From Bacteroidales bacterium (GTDB lineage Bacteria; Bacteroidota; Bacteroidia; Bacteroidales; UBA4181): 33,002 bases of DNA. Below the pieces are notes generated by a model that saw nothing but the letters and a program-made list of their open reading frames with translations, did no database searches and had not been told where the DNA came from. The position numbers were made by a program, and so were the translations under genes. The stretch lies in NCBI GenBank assembly GCA_031264715.1, contig JAISDP010000196.1, positions 1 through 33,002 on the forward strand, in the 5' to 3' direction. This document shows, in pieces, positions 1 to 10,283 of this stretch. Every line of letters starts with the position of its first letter. Within the stretch, counting starts at the first letter, position 1.

Positions 1-1
1 T

Positions 2-112
2 ATCTTCTTTGTGGATACATTCCCGTTGACCGGAAGCGGTAAAATACAGAAATTCAAATTACGCGAAATAGCGCTCGAAATGTTGAAGAAACAAGGCGTG
101 GAAATCGTCTGA
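2..112 (+). CDS. 3' end of an AMP-dependent acyl-CoA synthetase/ligase (partial, runs off the window start)
   Basis: Manual translation from nt 2 gives [36 protein letters not shown], with TGA at 110-112. P-x-T-x-S-G-K-I-x-K is the A10 C-terminal motif of ANL adenylate-forming enzymes. Not in the ORF track. Confidence 0.85.
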   Translation: MFFVDTFPLTGSGKIQKFKLREIALEMLKKQGVEIV

Positions 113-150
113 AAAGATACAGGTCTTCTCAGCTTTGCAAAAACGGTCAA

Positions 151-2826
151 TTATTCCCAGTCTATTTTTATTTTCTCTTCGTCGTTTTCGTCTTTTGGCT
201 GGCTTTTCTTCTTGCTGTTCCGGTTATTACCGGACGTTTTTTCCTGTTGCCGGGTTTCTTCATCGAATGTAAAACGCAGTTTCCCGGTATTTTCCGGCGT
301 TGTTGGTTTCACCAATGATGTGTCATTCCTGAACCATCCAAATTCCTCCTTCAGGATAGTTTTCAAATTTTGTTTTTCGTTACGGATATCTTCGGCAACG
401 GACGCCTTGGCCGATTGTTTGTCGTAGCTGATTTTGAAATCATCGCCCTGGCCGGCTATTTTCAGGTACAGGGCAGTACGTTTGCCGCCATTTTCCGAAT
501 ATTCATTCTCCCGGTTTTCGCGTTTCGCTTTGCGGGCTTTCGCAGCCAGCAGTTCGCTCAGTAATATCTTCACGCGGTAAGTATAACTATTGTCGAAGTT
601 ATGTTCGCCCGATCCCTGGATATCGAAAGCCGACGTCTGGATATCCGTTTGCGGGAACATGAGTTGCCGGTTCCTGATGGAAACCCGCGTGCGGAGCTTC
701 GAAAACCGTATATTTTGCAGTTCTTCGAGCGCAACGAATCGCGAGAGATTGTTCAATGGCTCGAAATTAACCAATTCGCCACCATCCAGGTCCATCTGGC
801 TTTCCACGGTTATCTCTTCCTGGCGTAATTGCATCCGACTATTCCAGCCGATGGCAAAACCAAGATCGCCCGAAAGACTGCCTTTCACATGTTCGGCGCG
901 AAGCACATCCTGTCCGAAGTTATCGAACGCGCGGAACAATTGCTTCACTTCAACCCGGTTGAGCGTCGTTTCGCCCAGCACATGTATCATGTTCGCCCCA
1001 TTATTGGCGATGGTACCGCTTCCTGTTACTTTCCCCGACATTGACGAGAAGTCGATCGACCGTATCTCCAAAATACGCGGTTGATAAACCAAGCGGGCTT
1101 TCATATCTTCTGCCTCAAACTTCCGGTAACGGAATTTTGCTGCTTCTATACCTGCATCAAGATCGATACCTGCAGGGAGGAGCAGGGATGCCGTGTTTCC
1201 GGCTTGCTGACTTGCTACTGCCGCTGTTTTGCCGGTAGTCGCTGGCCCCGATACCAATAATGAATCGATACACACCTGCTGCGACGATATATTAGCTTTA
1301 AGATATACCGTTTTGCTCTGTTTGAGCAGGTATGGCGACAACCGTTCCATGTACCCGTCTATTTTAAAATCGTTGCCATTGAGCATCAGTGTCAGGCTGT
1401 TCACAGCCACCCGGTTGCCGAACTGCAACGATCCGTTGATACGGCTGAACCGGTAGGCCGGCTCGCGCAGATGTACCGAAGCATTGCTGAGTTTGATAGC
1501 GCCTTGCAACTCCAGCCGGTCGATATCGCTTGTTTTAGCCAATAGCAGGTGTTTCAACCGGGCATTTACAGTCAGGTCGCAATTTATCCGCCCTCCGGCT
1601 GATGCGATCCGTTTGCCGGGAATAAAGCGGTATAGTTGTCCCCAATCGGTATTGCCGGCTATTTTGATTGTTATCTGTGGTTGAACGAAGTTTTGCATCG
1701 AAAGTTGGCCTTTGATCGTTCCGCCGCCAATGCTACATGCAAAATCACGGATATGCAACACGCTGGTGGAACGCCGGCTTTTCTCGCCGGTAGAGAATGA
1801 TCCCGTAAACGACAACCCGGTCAGTTTGACTTTGCTTTGCCGGTGTGTAATCTGGCCTTGCGCCATGCCGAATTGAGCTTCAATGTGAGGCATGTTTCCG
1901 CCACCTGCTTTGCCCGTGATATCCGCTGCAAAATTAACGTCGCCCTTGCCGGAATGATCGTGCAAATTTTGTCCGTATGGATCGGGAATTACCGATACCA
2001 GCGAGGCGTAATCCATCTGCCTGCCTTCCACATGCAAATCAAGCTCAACATCGTCGCCTGTCGTAAAGCCGCCCGACACAGTCATTTCCACCTTCGCAAG
2101 CGTCAGATCGCTTTGGCGGATCGTAAATACATTATTGTCGGCATCCAGTTTACCGGTTAGTTCCAACGCCTTATCGCGAATAAAAACATCGTCGTCTACC
2201 GATAAAAGCCTTACCGTACCTTGCCAATCGGCGCTTAGCGAATACTGCCGCGAAGAGAATCTACCACTGAGGCGCGACCGGTTGGCATGTAATGCAATCA
2301 CCGTATTGCTTCGCTTGTGGCTGTAATAAACCTCCACATTGCGCAAAGCTACATTCTGCAGTTCGATGGGTGAACTGTCGCCGGTTGATTTTCCGGGAAT
2401 CTTCCAAAAAATAAAGTTGTGTTTGCCGCTTTTGTCGGTTAACATATTGATATTTCCGTCGCGCACCTCGATACGGGTGATGCGGTAGTCGCCGGTCAGC
2501 AGCCGGAAGAGGTTCAGCTCGGCAAAAACGCTTTCGGCGACAAGTAATTGGCGACTGTGCGCAGGATCGAAACTAAGCGTGTCGAAATCCCTGGCGGAAT
2601 CCATCACCACGTGTTTAAATTCGACCGCTGCATTGGGAAATTTGCGGAATACCGAAAAATGAGCCGACCGTACCTGTATGCGCGAACTAACCTGCTTGTT
2701 AATGCTTTCGATCACAAACCCAATGACTTCGTCCTGGAAAAAATGCGATACTATGCCGCTGCCCAAGGCCAGTAACGCGGCAAGGGACAAAAGGCCGATG
2801 AGGATAATTTTCAGGTACCGGTTCAT
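151..2826 (-). CDS. AsmA-family (AsmA-like C-terminal region) envelope protein
   Basis: 891 aa with one N-terminal TM anchor followed by a long beta-rich body. The C-terminal GGELVNFEPL...IRFSKL...GEHNFDNSYTY segment resembles Bacteroidetes AsmA-like proteins. Confidence 0.8.
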   Translation of the reverse strand: MNRYLKIILIGLLSLAALLALGSGIVSHFFQDEVIGFVIESINKQVSSRIQVRSAHFSVFRKFPNAAVEFKHVVMDSARDFDTLSFDPAHSRQLLVAESVFAELNLFRLLTGDYRITRIEVRDGNINMLTDKSGKHNFIFWKIPGKSTGDSSPIELQNVALRNVEVYYSHKRSNTVIALHANRSRLSGRFSSRQYSLSADWQGTVRLLSVDDDVFIRDKALELTGKLDADNNVFTIRQSDLTLAKVEMTVSGGFTTGDDVELDLHVEGRQMDYASLVSVIPDPYGQNLHDHSGKGDVNFAADITGKAGGGNMPHIEAQFGMAQGQITHRQSKVKLTGLSFTGSFSTGEKSRRSTSVLHIRDFACSIGGGTIKGQLSMQNFVQPQITIKIAGNTDWGQLYRFIPGKRIASAGGRINCDLTVNARLKHLLLAKTSDIDRLELQGAIKLSNASVHLREPAYRFSRINGSLQFGNRVAVNSLTLMLNGNDFKIDGYMERLSPYLLKQSKTVYLKANISSQQVCIDSLLVSGPATTGKTAAVASQQAGNTASLLLPAGIDLDAGIEAAKFRYRKFEAEDMKARLVYQPRILEIRSIDFSSMSGKVTGSGTIANNGANMIHVLGETTLNRVEVKQLFRAFDNFGQDVLRAEHVKGSLSGDLGFAIGWNSRMQLRQEEITVESQMDLDGGELVNFEPLNNLSRFVALEELQNIRFSKLRTRVSIRNRQLMFPQTDIQTSAFDIQGSGEHNFDNSYTYRVKILLSELLAAKARKAKRENRENEYSENGGKRTALYLKIAGQGDDFKISYDKQSAKASVAEDIRNEKQNLKTILKEEFGWFRNDTSLVKPTTPENTGKLRFTFDEETRQQEKTSGNNRNSKKKSQPKDENDEEKIKIDWE

Positions 2827-2835
2827 TATTTTGGG

Positions 2836-2962
2836 AGACCTGCCGGAACAAAACCTGCCGGGTTTTCAAACTTGGCGGCCTTAGCGGGACTATTCCACGA
2901 AATAACCGGTCTTACAATTGAATATTAAAAAGACCTGTTGGATTTGAAAGCCCCGGCAGATC
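2836..2962. repeat. Degenerate REP-like palindromic units in the AsmA/OMP intergenic region
   Basis: ACCTGCCGG occurs twice (2838-2846, 2853-2861). AAACCTGCCGGGTTTTCAAACTTGGCGG and AGACCTGTTGGATTTGAAAGCCCCGGCAGATC (2931-2962) are imperfect dyads of a similar CCTG..GGTTT..AAA.. pattern. Confidence 0.45.
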
Positions 2963-2971
2963 AATGTTTTT

Positions 2972-3472
2972 TTAAAATGAGAAACTTAACCCGCCGTTCA
3001 GGTACGACATTTCGTTATACCCAACTTCGGCAAATACGGCAATATTTTTACCGAACGAGTAGCGGCAACCTGCTGTGGTTCCAAAGAGAACACCGCTTGT
3101 GTTATTGACATAGTTTTTGGAATACGAGTATACAATGGCGCCCAGCATGGCGGTAGCGTATACTTCAAACGAACTGTTAATGGCATACCGGTAAGTGGCG
3201 CGTGGAGCAAATGCAAAGGCATTGACGCGATAGTCGCCAGAACCGGAAAGTGTTTTACCCCAGTTTTCGTACCCTGCATAACCGCCAATGGTAAAGATAC
3301 CGGGGCCCCATTTGTCAATCAGTCCATAATCATAGCTCGCATTAATCCCTATGCCGGGAACAAGTCCCAACCCGACATTGAACAGGCTCATCCCTGTTTT
3401 CATTTCCTGTGCATGAGATACGCCAATACCAATTGTACAAACAACTGCTAAAACAATAAAAAATCTTTTCAT
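2972..3472 (-). CDS. Small outer-membrane beta-barrel protein (about 8 strands)
   Basis: Sec signal MKRFFIVLAVVCTIGIGVSHA-Q, alternating Gly/aromatic strands, and a C-terminal beta-signal ending GGLSFSF. Confidence 0.8.
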   Translation of the reverse strand: MKRFFIVLAVVCTIGIGVSHAQEMKTGMSLFNVGLGLVPGIGINASYDYGLIDKWGPGIFTIGGYAGYENWGKTLSGSGDYRVNAFAFAPRATYRYAINSSFEVYATAMLGAIVYSYSKNYVNNTSGVLFGTTAGCRYSFGKNIAVFAEVGYNEMSYLNGGLSFSF

Positions 3473-3517
3473 TTCAATTAAGTTTATTAAATTATGTGAT
3501 GCGTCGTATTAAACGGT

Positions 3518-3525
3518 CAAAATTA
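3518..3525 (-). promoter_or_regulatory. Bacteroidetes sigma70 -7 box upstream of the OMP gene
   Basis: CAAAATTA on + reads TAATTTTG on -, matching TAnnTTTG about 45 nt upstream of the ATG. Confidence 0.5.
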
Positions 3526-3663
3526 CAAATTATTTCACTTCCGTAGCGCAAAGTTGCCACTATTCCTGTTATATAATAAGTTATACTGTCGTTTGTCGAG
3601 TAATTTCCCCCTGTTTAAATCTAAATTTCCGTAAAAAAACATAGTAATTTGAAAAAAAACATG

Positions 3664-3671
3664 TAGGTTTG
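3664..3671 (+). promoter_or_regulatory. Bacteroidetes sigma70 -7 box upstream of the acyl-CoA ligase
   Basis: TAGGTTTG matches TAnnTTTG. It overlaps the ORF-track TTG start, which favours ATG 3702 as the true start. Confidence 0.55.
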
Positions 3672-3701
3672 CCGTCCATAATTTTCTTAAACTCATTGAT
3701 C

Positions 3702-5492
3702 ATGGTTACACGAACGTTTGATATACTGGATCAATACCGGACAAAATACCGGTTGGGCGATGCTTTGGCATGTAAGGTCACCGGCAAATGGGTTAAATAT
3801 AGTGGGGATGAATACATCAAATATGCCAACGATATCAGTTGCGGATTGTTGGCGATGGGATACAGTTCGGGCGACAAGATCGCTTTGATCTCGAACAACC
3901 GTCCCGAATGGAATTTTTTCGAAATGGGAATGGCGCAGATCGGGGTAATTTCCGTGCCCATCTACCCAACGATTAGCCTGGATGAATACCAACACATATT
4001 AAGCCATGCCGAACCCCGGATGTTAATGGTTTCGGATAAGCTGCTGCTCGAAAAGCTGCGGCCACTGTTCGAAAACAGTCCAACCATAGAACATGTCTAC
4101 TCTTTCAATAACATCGAAGGTGTGAACAATTGGAAGGAAATTGCTGTACAGGGAAACAACTCCTGTGAATTGTTATCGCAGGTGCAGCAAATAAAAGACG
4201 CGATAAAGCCCGATGATATGGCCACGTTAATCTATACATCGGGAACTACCGGTACGCCCAAGGGAGTGATGTTGTCACACAACAATCTGGTCAGCAATTT
4301 CAAAGCTACCTGCGACCGCAACTATCTTACCGCCGGCGCCCGTGCTTTGAGTTTCCTGCCTGTCAGCCATATATATGAGCGCATGATGAATTATCATTTC
4401 CAGAACCTCGGCATTGCAGTGTATTATGCTGAAAACATGGGAGCTATCATGGAAAATATCAGGGAAGTGCAGCCCCACATATTCAATACGGTTCCCCGGC
4501 TGCTCGAACGAATGTATATCGGCATCATCGGAAAAAGCAAAGAATTAAAAGGCATCAAAGGGAAAATATTTAACGACGCCATTAATATAGCTGTAAAGTT
4601 CGATCCCCGACACAAAAGCAATCTCGGTTACCGGTTCCGCCTGATGTTAGCCCGACGGTTGGTCTTTTCCAAATGGACTGCTATATTGGGCGGGCAGGTA
4701 CGCATCATCGTTTCAGGTGGCGCCCCGTTGCAAACACGGTTGACCAACCTGTTCAGCGCCATAGGTATTGACTTGCTTGAAGGCTACGGCCTTACGGAGA
4801 CTTCGCCTGTAATTGCCGTGAGCGATTTACGACGGGGCAGACCCAAACCGGGTAGCGTAGGGCCGGTACTCGACGGTGTGAAGATAAAACTGGACGAAGA
4901 TGGCGAAATATTGTGCAAAGGCCCGAATGTGATGTTGGGTTATTATAAAAATCCGGAACTAACAGCACAAGTAATTGATAGCGAAGGATATTTCCATACC
5001 GGCGATATTGGTGTATTCGATGAGAATGAATTTCTGACGGTTACCGATCGTAAAAAGGAAATCTTCAAACTGTCGAATGGCAAATACATATCGCCCCAGG
5101 TAATCGAAAACAAACTGAAGGAATCCCTGTTGATCGATCAGGTCATTGTGATCGGCGAAAACGAGAAATTTGCCAGCGCATTGATTTCCCCGAATTTTAC
5201 GCAACTGCACAACTGGTGCTATACCCGGGAAATTACATTTTCGGACAACAAGGAGTTGATACAGATTCCCGAAGTGATTGAAAATTTTCGGCAGGAAGTC
5301 AACCAGGTGAACAAACAAATGGGCGCTGCCGAGCAAGTCAAACGGTTCCGGCTGGTAGCAGACGAGTGGAGTGCGCAAACAGGCGAGCTTTCCCCGACCC
5401 TAAAGCTCAAACGCCGCCAGCTTACTGAAAAATACGCCAAGATTATCGATGAAATATACGTCTACTCACGAACCGAAAAAGCCGATAAATAA
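3702..5492 (+). CDS. Long-chain fatty acid--CoA ligase (FadD15/FAA1-like)
   Basis: AMP-binding motifs LIYTSGTTGTPKGVMLSHNN, EGYGLTETSP, YFHTGDIG, DRKKEIFKLSNGKYISP and ELSPTLKLKR. Start moved to ATG 3702 (MVTRTFD). Confidence 0.92.
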   Translation: MVTRTFDILDQYRTKYRLGDALACKVTGKWVKYSGDEYIKYANDISCGLLAMGYSSGDKIALISNNRPEWNFFEMGMAQIGVISVPIYPTISLDEYQHILSHAEPRMLMVSDKLLLEKLRPLFENSPTIEHVYSFNNIEGVNNWKEIAVQGNNSCELLSQVQQIKDAIKPDDMATLIYTSGTTGTPKGVMLSHNNLVSNFKATCDRNYLTAGARALSFLPVSHIYERMMNYHFQNLGIAVYYAENMGAIMENIREVQPHIFNTVPRLLERMYIGIIGKSKELKGIKGKIFNDAINIAVKFDPRHKSNLGYRFRLMLARRLVFSKWTAILGGQVRIIVSGGAPLQTRLTNLFSAIGIDLLEGYGLTETSPVIAVSDLRRGRPKPGSVGPVLDGVKIKLDEDGEILCKGPNVMLGYYKNPELTAQVIDSEGYFHTGDIGVFDENEFLTVTDRKKEIFKLSNGKYISPQVIENKLKESLLIDQVIVIGENEKFASALISPNFTQLHNWCYTREITFSDNKELIQIPEVIENFRQEVNQVNKQMGAAEQVKRFRLVADEWSAQTGELSPTLKLKRRQLTEKYAKIIDEIYVYSRTEKADK

Positions 5493-5523
5493 TTGAATAT
5501 TCATTATGGCTCTATAACGAATT

Positions 5524-5563
5524 AAACCTATCCGGTTTTGCGCAGTCATAAAGTACAAAACCG
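5524..5563 (+). promoter_or_regulatory. Possible ECF-type promoter overlapped by an 8-bp inverted repeat
   Basis: AAAC (5524-5527), 17 nt, then GTC (5545). CGGTTTTG (5533-5540) and CAAAACCG (5556-5563) form a perfect inverted repeat. Confidence 0.35.
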
Positions 5564-5619
5564 ATGTATAAGGAATGTTAATTTAAAATTTGTTATAGTT
5601 GAATTTAATTTTTTGAATC

Positions 5620-6138
5620 ATGAAGACGAATATGATAATGGTCATTGCCATTGCAGTTGTAACGAGCCTGGCAGTAGACGCTCAATCGCAAACGCCGCGC
5701 CCCTATTCGGGCAAAAGTCCCGGGGAAGTGAAGCAAGTGATGCGTCCCGAAGGCTTTACCACGCCGATGATGGGTCTGGACGACAAGCAGCGCGAAGAAC
5801 TCAAGAAAATCCGCACGGAACAGGTAAAGAGACGCATCCAAACACGTAACCTGCTGAAAGAAAAACACGCGAAACTCGAACTGCTTCAAACTGCTGATAA
5901 GCCGGATATGAAAGAGATCAACAAGGTAATCGACGAAATTGCAGCAGTGCAGGCACAGGAAATGAAAGCCAAAGCCGCCGACAGGCAAAAGACCAGAAGC
6001 CTGCTCACCGAAGAACAACGGGTATACTTCGATGCGCATGGCGACAAAATGGACAGGATGCATACGGACAGGAAAGTGCGCGCTGCTGATGGCGACCGCT
6101 TCCGCGGACAAAGAGGCGGCCCGGCAGGAAAAGGATGA
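5620..6138 (+). CDS. Spy/CpxP-family periplasmic protein (LTXXQ / heavy-metal-sensor-like)
   Basis: Signal peptide ending AVDA-Q, helical charged body, GLDDKQ and LLTEEQRVYFD (LTxxQ) motifs, Met/Arg/Gly-rich ends. Confidence 0.8.
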   Translation: MKTNMIMVIAIAVVTSLAVDAQSQTPRPYSGKSPGEVKQVMRPEGFTTPMMGLDDKQREELKKIRTEQVKRRIQTRNLLKEKHAKLELLQTADKPDMKEINKVIDEIAAVQAQEMKAKAADRQKTRSLLTEEQRVYFDAHGDKMDRMHTDRKVRAADGDRFRGQRGGPAGKG

Positions 6139-6168
6139 AAGTTTTCTGCTGGACAGGGGACAAAAATA

Positions 6169-6315
6169 CGGACGTTCGCAATTTCCGGCGCGGACGTTCG
6201 TTTACCTTCCATGCGAACGTTCGCATCCCGGAACGCAGACGTTCGCATCTGCACCCCGGGAACGTCCGCATCTGCACCTCGGGAACGTTCGCGTCCAAAG
6301 TTGCAGACATTCGCA
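6169..6315. repeat. Array of 7 palindromic cores (consensus about GC-G/A-A/G-ACGTTCGCA) at 22-23 bp period with variable linkers
   Basis: The 10-nt core RACGTTCGCA starts at 6171, 6193, 6216, 6238, 6261, 6284 and 6306 (steps 22, 23, 22, 23, 23, 22). Copy 3 sits in a perfect 16-bp palindrome, ATGCGAACGTTCGCAT (6211-6226). Confidence 0.85.
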
Positions 6316-6403
6316 CAGGAAGCCGGGAGCGGTAACGGTTTCCCTTCGAGGCAAAGACCGGATGTGATAACAAAAAAACAACGAACGATAAAACAGGAAA
6401 AAA

Positions 6404-7717
6404 ATGAACTGGAAAAAAGTAAACATGCTGAGTGCGGGCATCCTTTACATGGGGATCCTTTTAGCCTGCAACAAAGAAGAAAACACGGGTCTGACGGTTG
6501 CCTCCAACTTGTCGGATGATATGGTTTCGGTACGGGATTTTGGCGCCAAAGGAGATGGCAAAACCGATGATACGGAGGCTTTCCAAAAAGCGCTCCATTC
6601 ATTCGGGACGAGAGGTGGTACGGTATATGCTCCACGCGGGACGTATCTTTTCGCAGGCAGTTTGAATATCCCCCAGGCAGTGACATTAAAAGGCTCTTTC
6701 GAATCGGTTCCTGCCCATAACGGTATCCGCGACAAGGGACTTCCCAAACCGGGAGATGACGGAACTGTATTTTTGGTTACCGGGGGTAAAGGAAATGAAG
6801 ATGCAACGCCGTTTATCACCCTGAATACGAACAGCACGCTCCGTGGGGTTGTGTTATACTGGCCGCAGCAGGATCCGGAAAAAGAGCCCGACGCCTATCC
6901 GTGGGGAGTAGCCATGCGCGGAAAAAATCCTGCACTGCTCGACGTGGAAATGTTGAATCCCTACAACGCGATTGACGCCTCGAAAAACGAACGCGCCCTG
7001 ATCCGCAATATCAGCGGCCAACCGCTCCGGAGAGGCATCTATGTCGATGGCATTTATGACATCGGGCGGATTGAAAATGTCCACTGGAACCCGTGGTGGA
7101 GCATGAAGCCGGCTCTGTTCAACTGGCAGAAAGCGAACGGAGAAGCGTTTATTTTTGAGCGTACCGACTGGCATTACGTGTTCAATACATTCTGCTTCGG
7201 ATACCGGGTCGGTTACAAGTTCGGCGGCAGTAAGGCAGGCGTTTGCAACGGCAATTTTCTGGGCATCGGCGCCGACGCCTGTCATACGGCGGTGCTGGTG
7301 GAAAGAAGCGCTCCGATGGGACTGTTGATTACCAATGGCGAGTTTGTTGCGATGGACGGCGAAAATCCTGTCATGGTACGGGTAAATTCCGGTAACGAGG
7401 GAAATGTAACCTTCTCCAATTGCGCCTTTTGGGGGCCTTGCAACCAGAATGCCATTATCGACGGACGGGGAACGACAACCTTTTCCGACTGTATTTTCAT
7501 GCAATGGGATCGAAACCGCGAAGGACGCTATTCCGTCCAGGTAACCGGCGGCTCCGTGATGATTCGCGGATGTAATTTCATGACCGACAGTCCGCAGGTA
7601 TTCATTAGCGAAAACGTGTCGCGGGCAATTGTCGCCGATAATATGGTCAGGGGCAAAATCAGGATTGACAATCGGTCGGCTAATACCGTGATAAAAGATA
7701 ATCTGGGCAGCGAATGA
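6404..7717 (+). CDS. Right-handed beta-helix lipoprotein (pectate_lyase_3/GH28-like N-terminal motif), putative carbohydrate-active enzyme
   Basis: Lipobox LLAC, VSVRDFGAKGDGKTDDTEAFQKAL, GGTVYAPRGTYL, and Asn/Cys ladder repeats (FSNCAF, FSDCIF, IRGCNF). Confidence 0.8.
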   Translation: MNWKKVNMLSAGILYMGILLACNKEENTGLTVASNLSDDMVSVRDFGAKGDGKTDDTEAFQKALHSFGTRGGTVYAPRGTYLFAGSLNIPQAVTLKGSFESVPAHNGIRDKGLPKPGDDGTVFLVTGGKGNEDATPFITLNTNSTLRGVVLYWPQQDPEKEPDAYPWGVAMRGKNPALLDVEMLNPYNAIDASKNERALIRNISGQPLRRGIYVDGIYDIGRIENVHWNPWWSMKPALFNWQKANGEAFIFERTDWHYVFNTFCFGYRVGYKFGGSKAGVCNGNFLGIGADACHTAVLVERSAPMGLLITNGEFVAMDGENPVMVRVNSGNEGNVTFSNCAFWGPCNQNAIIDGRGTTTFSDCIFMQWDRNREGRYSVQVTGGSVMIRGCNFMTDSPQVFISENVSRAIVADNMVRGKIRIDNRSANTVIKDNLGSE

Positions 7718-7757
7718 AAGCGGCGCCCTGCGAACGGTCGGCCTTAGCTGCGTATGC

Positions 7758-7788
7758 TTTGTACTCTTGTGGGAAAATGTTAACTTTG
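7758..7788 (+). promoter_or_regulatory. Consensus Bacteroidetes sigma70 promoter for ribF-ahcY
   Basis: TTTG (7758-7761), 19 nt, then TAACTTTG (7781-7788): a full match to the -33/-7 consensus. Confidence 0.75.
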
Positions 7789-7822
7789 CCGTCGATTTTT
7801 GATCACCACCATTTTAAGCGAC

Positions 7823-8752
7823 TTGGCAGTTTATAGGGACATCAGCAATTTGAATTTTGAAAGGACGGCAGTTGCCGTCGGCAGTTTCGATGGCGTGCAT
7901 TGCGGACACCAGATGCTGCTCCGGCGTGTGGCTGGCCTGGCTGTCCGGCATCATCTCCGGTCGGTAGCGCTCACATTCTGGCCGCATCCCCGGCAGGTTC
8001 TCGATCCGGTTGGCGATGCTCCCCTGCTGCTTAATACACTCGGCGAAAAGATCGCCCTGTTGGAGCAGGCAGGTGTCGACGACGTGGTGGTATACCCGTT
8101 CGACAAGACTTTAGCGCAGATGCAGGCGGCCGGTTTCATTAGGGATGTCGTCGCCGGCAAGCTGGATGCACGCTGCCTGGTAGTCGGCCGGGACCATCAT
8201 TTCGGGAAAGACCGCGGCGGTAATGTGCAACGCCTGTCAAAACTTATTGCCCACAGCGATTTGCGGGTGGAAGTGGTCGATTTAAAGATGCTTGCCCGGA
8301 AAATCAGTTCATCGGCCATCCGTAAGGCGCTTTCATGCGGCGACCTGCCGCTGGCCGGCGAGATGTTAGGCTACGAGTACCTTATTTCCGGAAAGGTGGT
8401 TGCGGGCAACCATTTGGGGCGTACCATCGGTTATCCTACGGCAAATATCGAAACGCCCAGCTACAAACTTCTCCCCAGGGAAGGGGTCTACCGTGTAAGG
8501 GTAAAGACAGGAACCGGTGGATTCGACAGGCTTGGCATGATGTACATTGGCAGGCGTCCGGTACTGAAGCAGAAAGATGCCACGATACGCGTCGAAGTGA
8601 ATATATTCGATTTCGGGCAGGAAATATATGGGCAGGAAATAACGCTGGCCGTGACCCACCGTATCCGCGACGATATCGAGTTCGAGGATATGGGGCAATT
8701 ATCCGAGCAGCTTTATCGCGACAAGCAGAACATATTAAGTATTTCATCATAG
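7823..8752 (+). CDS. ribF: Bifunctional riboflavin kinase / FAD synthetase
   Basis: VGSFDGVHCGHQ, LTFWPHP, VVGRDHHFG, KISSSAIR, GRTIGYPTAN, EVNIFDF...IYG. The start is probably TTG 7823 (ORF track gives 7799). Confidence 0.95.
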   Translation: MAVYRDISNLNFERTAVAVGSFDGVHCGHQMLLRRVAGLAVRHHLRSVALTFWPHPRQVLDPVGDAPLLLNTLGEKIALLEQAGVDDVVVYPFDKTLAQMQAAGFIRDVVAGKLDARCLVVGRDHHFGKDRGGNVQRLSKLIAHSDLRVEVVDLKMLARKISSSAIRKALSCGDLPLAGEMLGYEYLISGKVVAGNHLGRTIGYPTANIETPSYKLLPREGVYRVRVKTGTGGFDRLGMMYIGRRPVLKQKDATIRVEVNIFDFGQEIYGQEITLAVTHRIRDDIEFEDMGQLSEQLYRDKQNILSISS

Positions 8753-8768
8753 ATTATCATCATTATAA

Positions 8769-10178
<1,410 letters not shown>

Positions 10179-10225
10179 GGATTTGCACATATCCTCCCGC
10201 TGTGTGTTATTTCATACCAAAGGCA

Positions 10226-10283
10226 GAAGAAATTCCGGTTGATATAATGGAAATACGCTTTATTTTTTCAACCGGAATTCTTC
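10226..10283. terminator. Inverted repeat between convergent ahcY and DUF4249-like genes (possible terminator or RNA-stabilising stem)
   Basis: AATTCCGGTTGA (10231-10242) and TCAACCGGAATT (10268-10279) form a perfect 12-bp stem, extendable by GAAG/CTTC, with a 25-nt loop. No classical U-tract geometry. Confidence 0.4.

Noticed and set aside
5605-6111. 168-aa antisense ORF over the Spy/CpxP-like gene
   Set aside because: The plus-strand frame has a signal peptide and LTxxQ motifs; the antisense frame has none.
6169-6315. CRISPR array interpretation of the 22-23 bp repeat
   Set aside because: Repeat (about 10-14 nt) and spacer (about 12 nt) are far below CRISPR sizes, the repeats are degenerate, and there is no cas gene or leader.
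5886-6686. 266-aa minus-strand ORF and other short ORFs over the 6.2-kb array
   Set aside because: They overlap two well-supported plus-strand genes and translate the repeat; no protein motifs.
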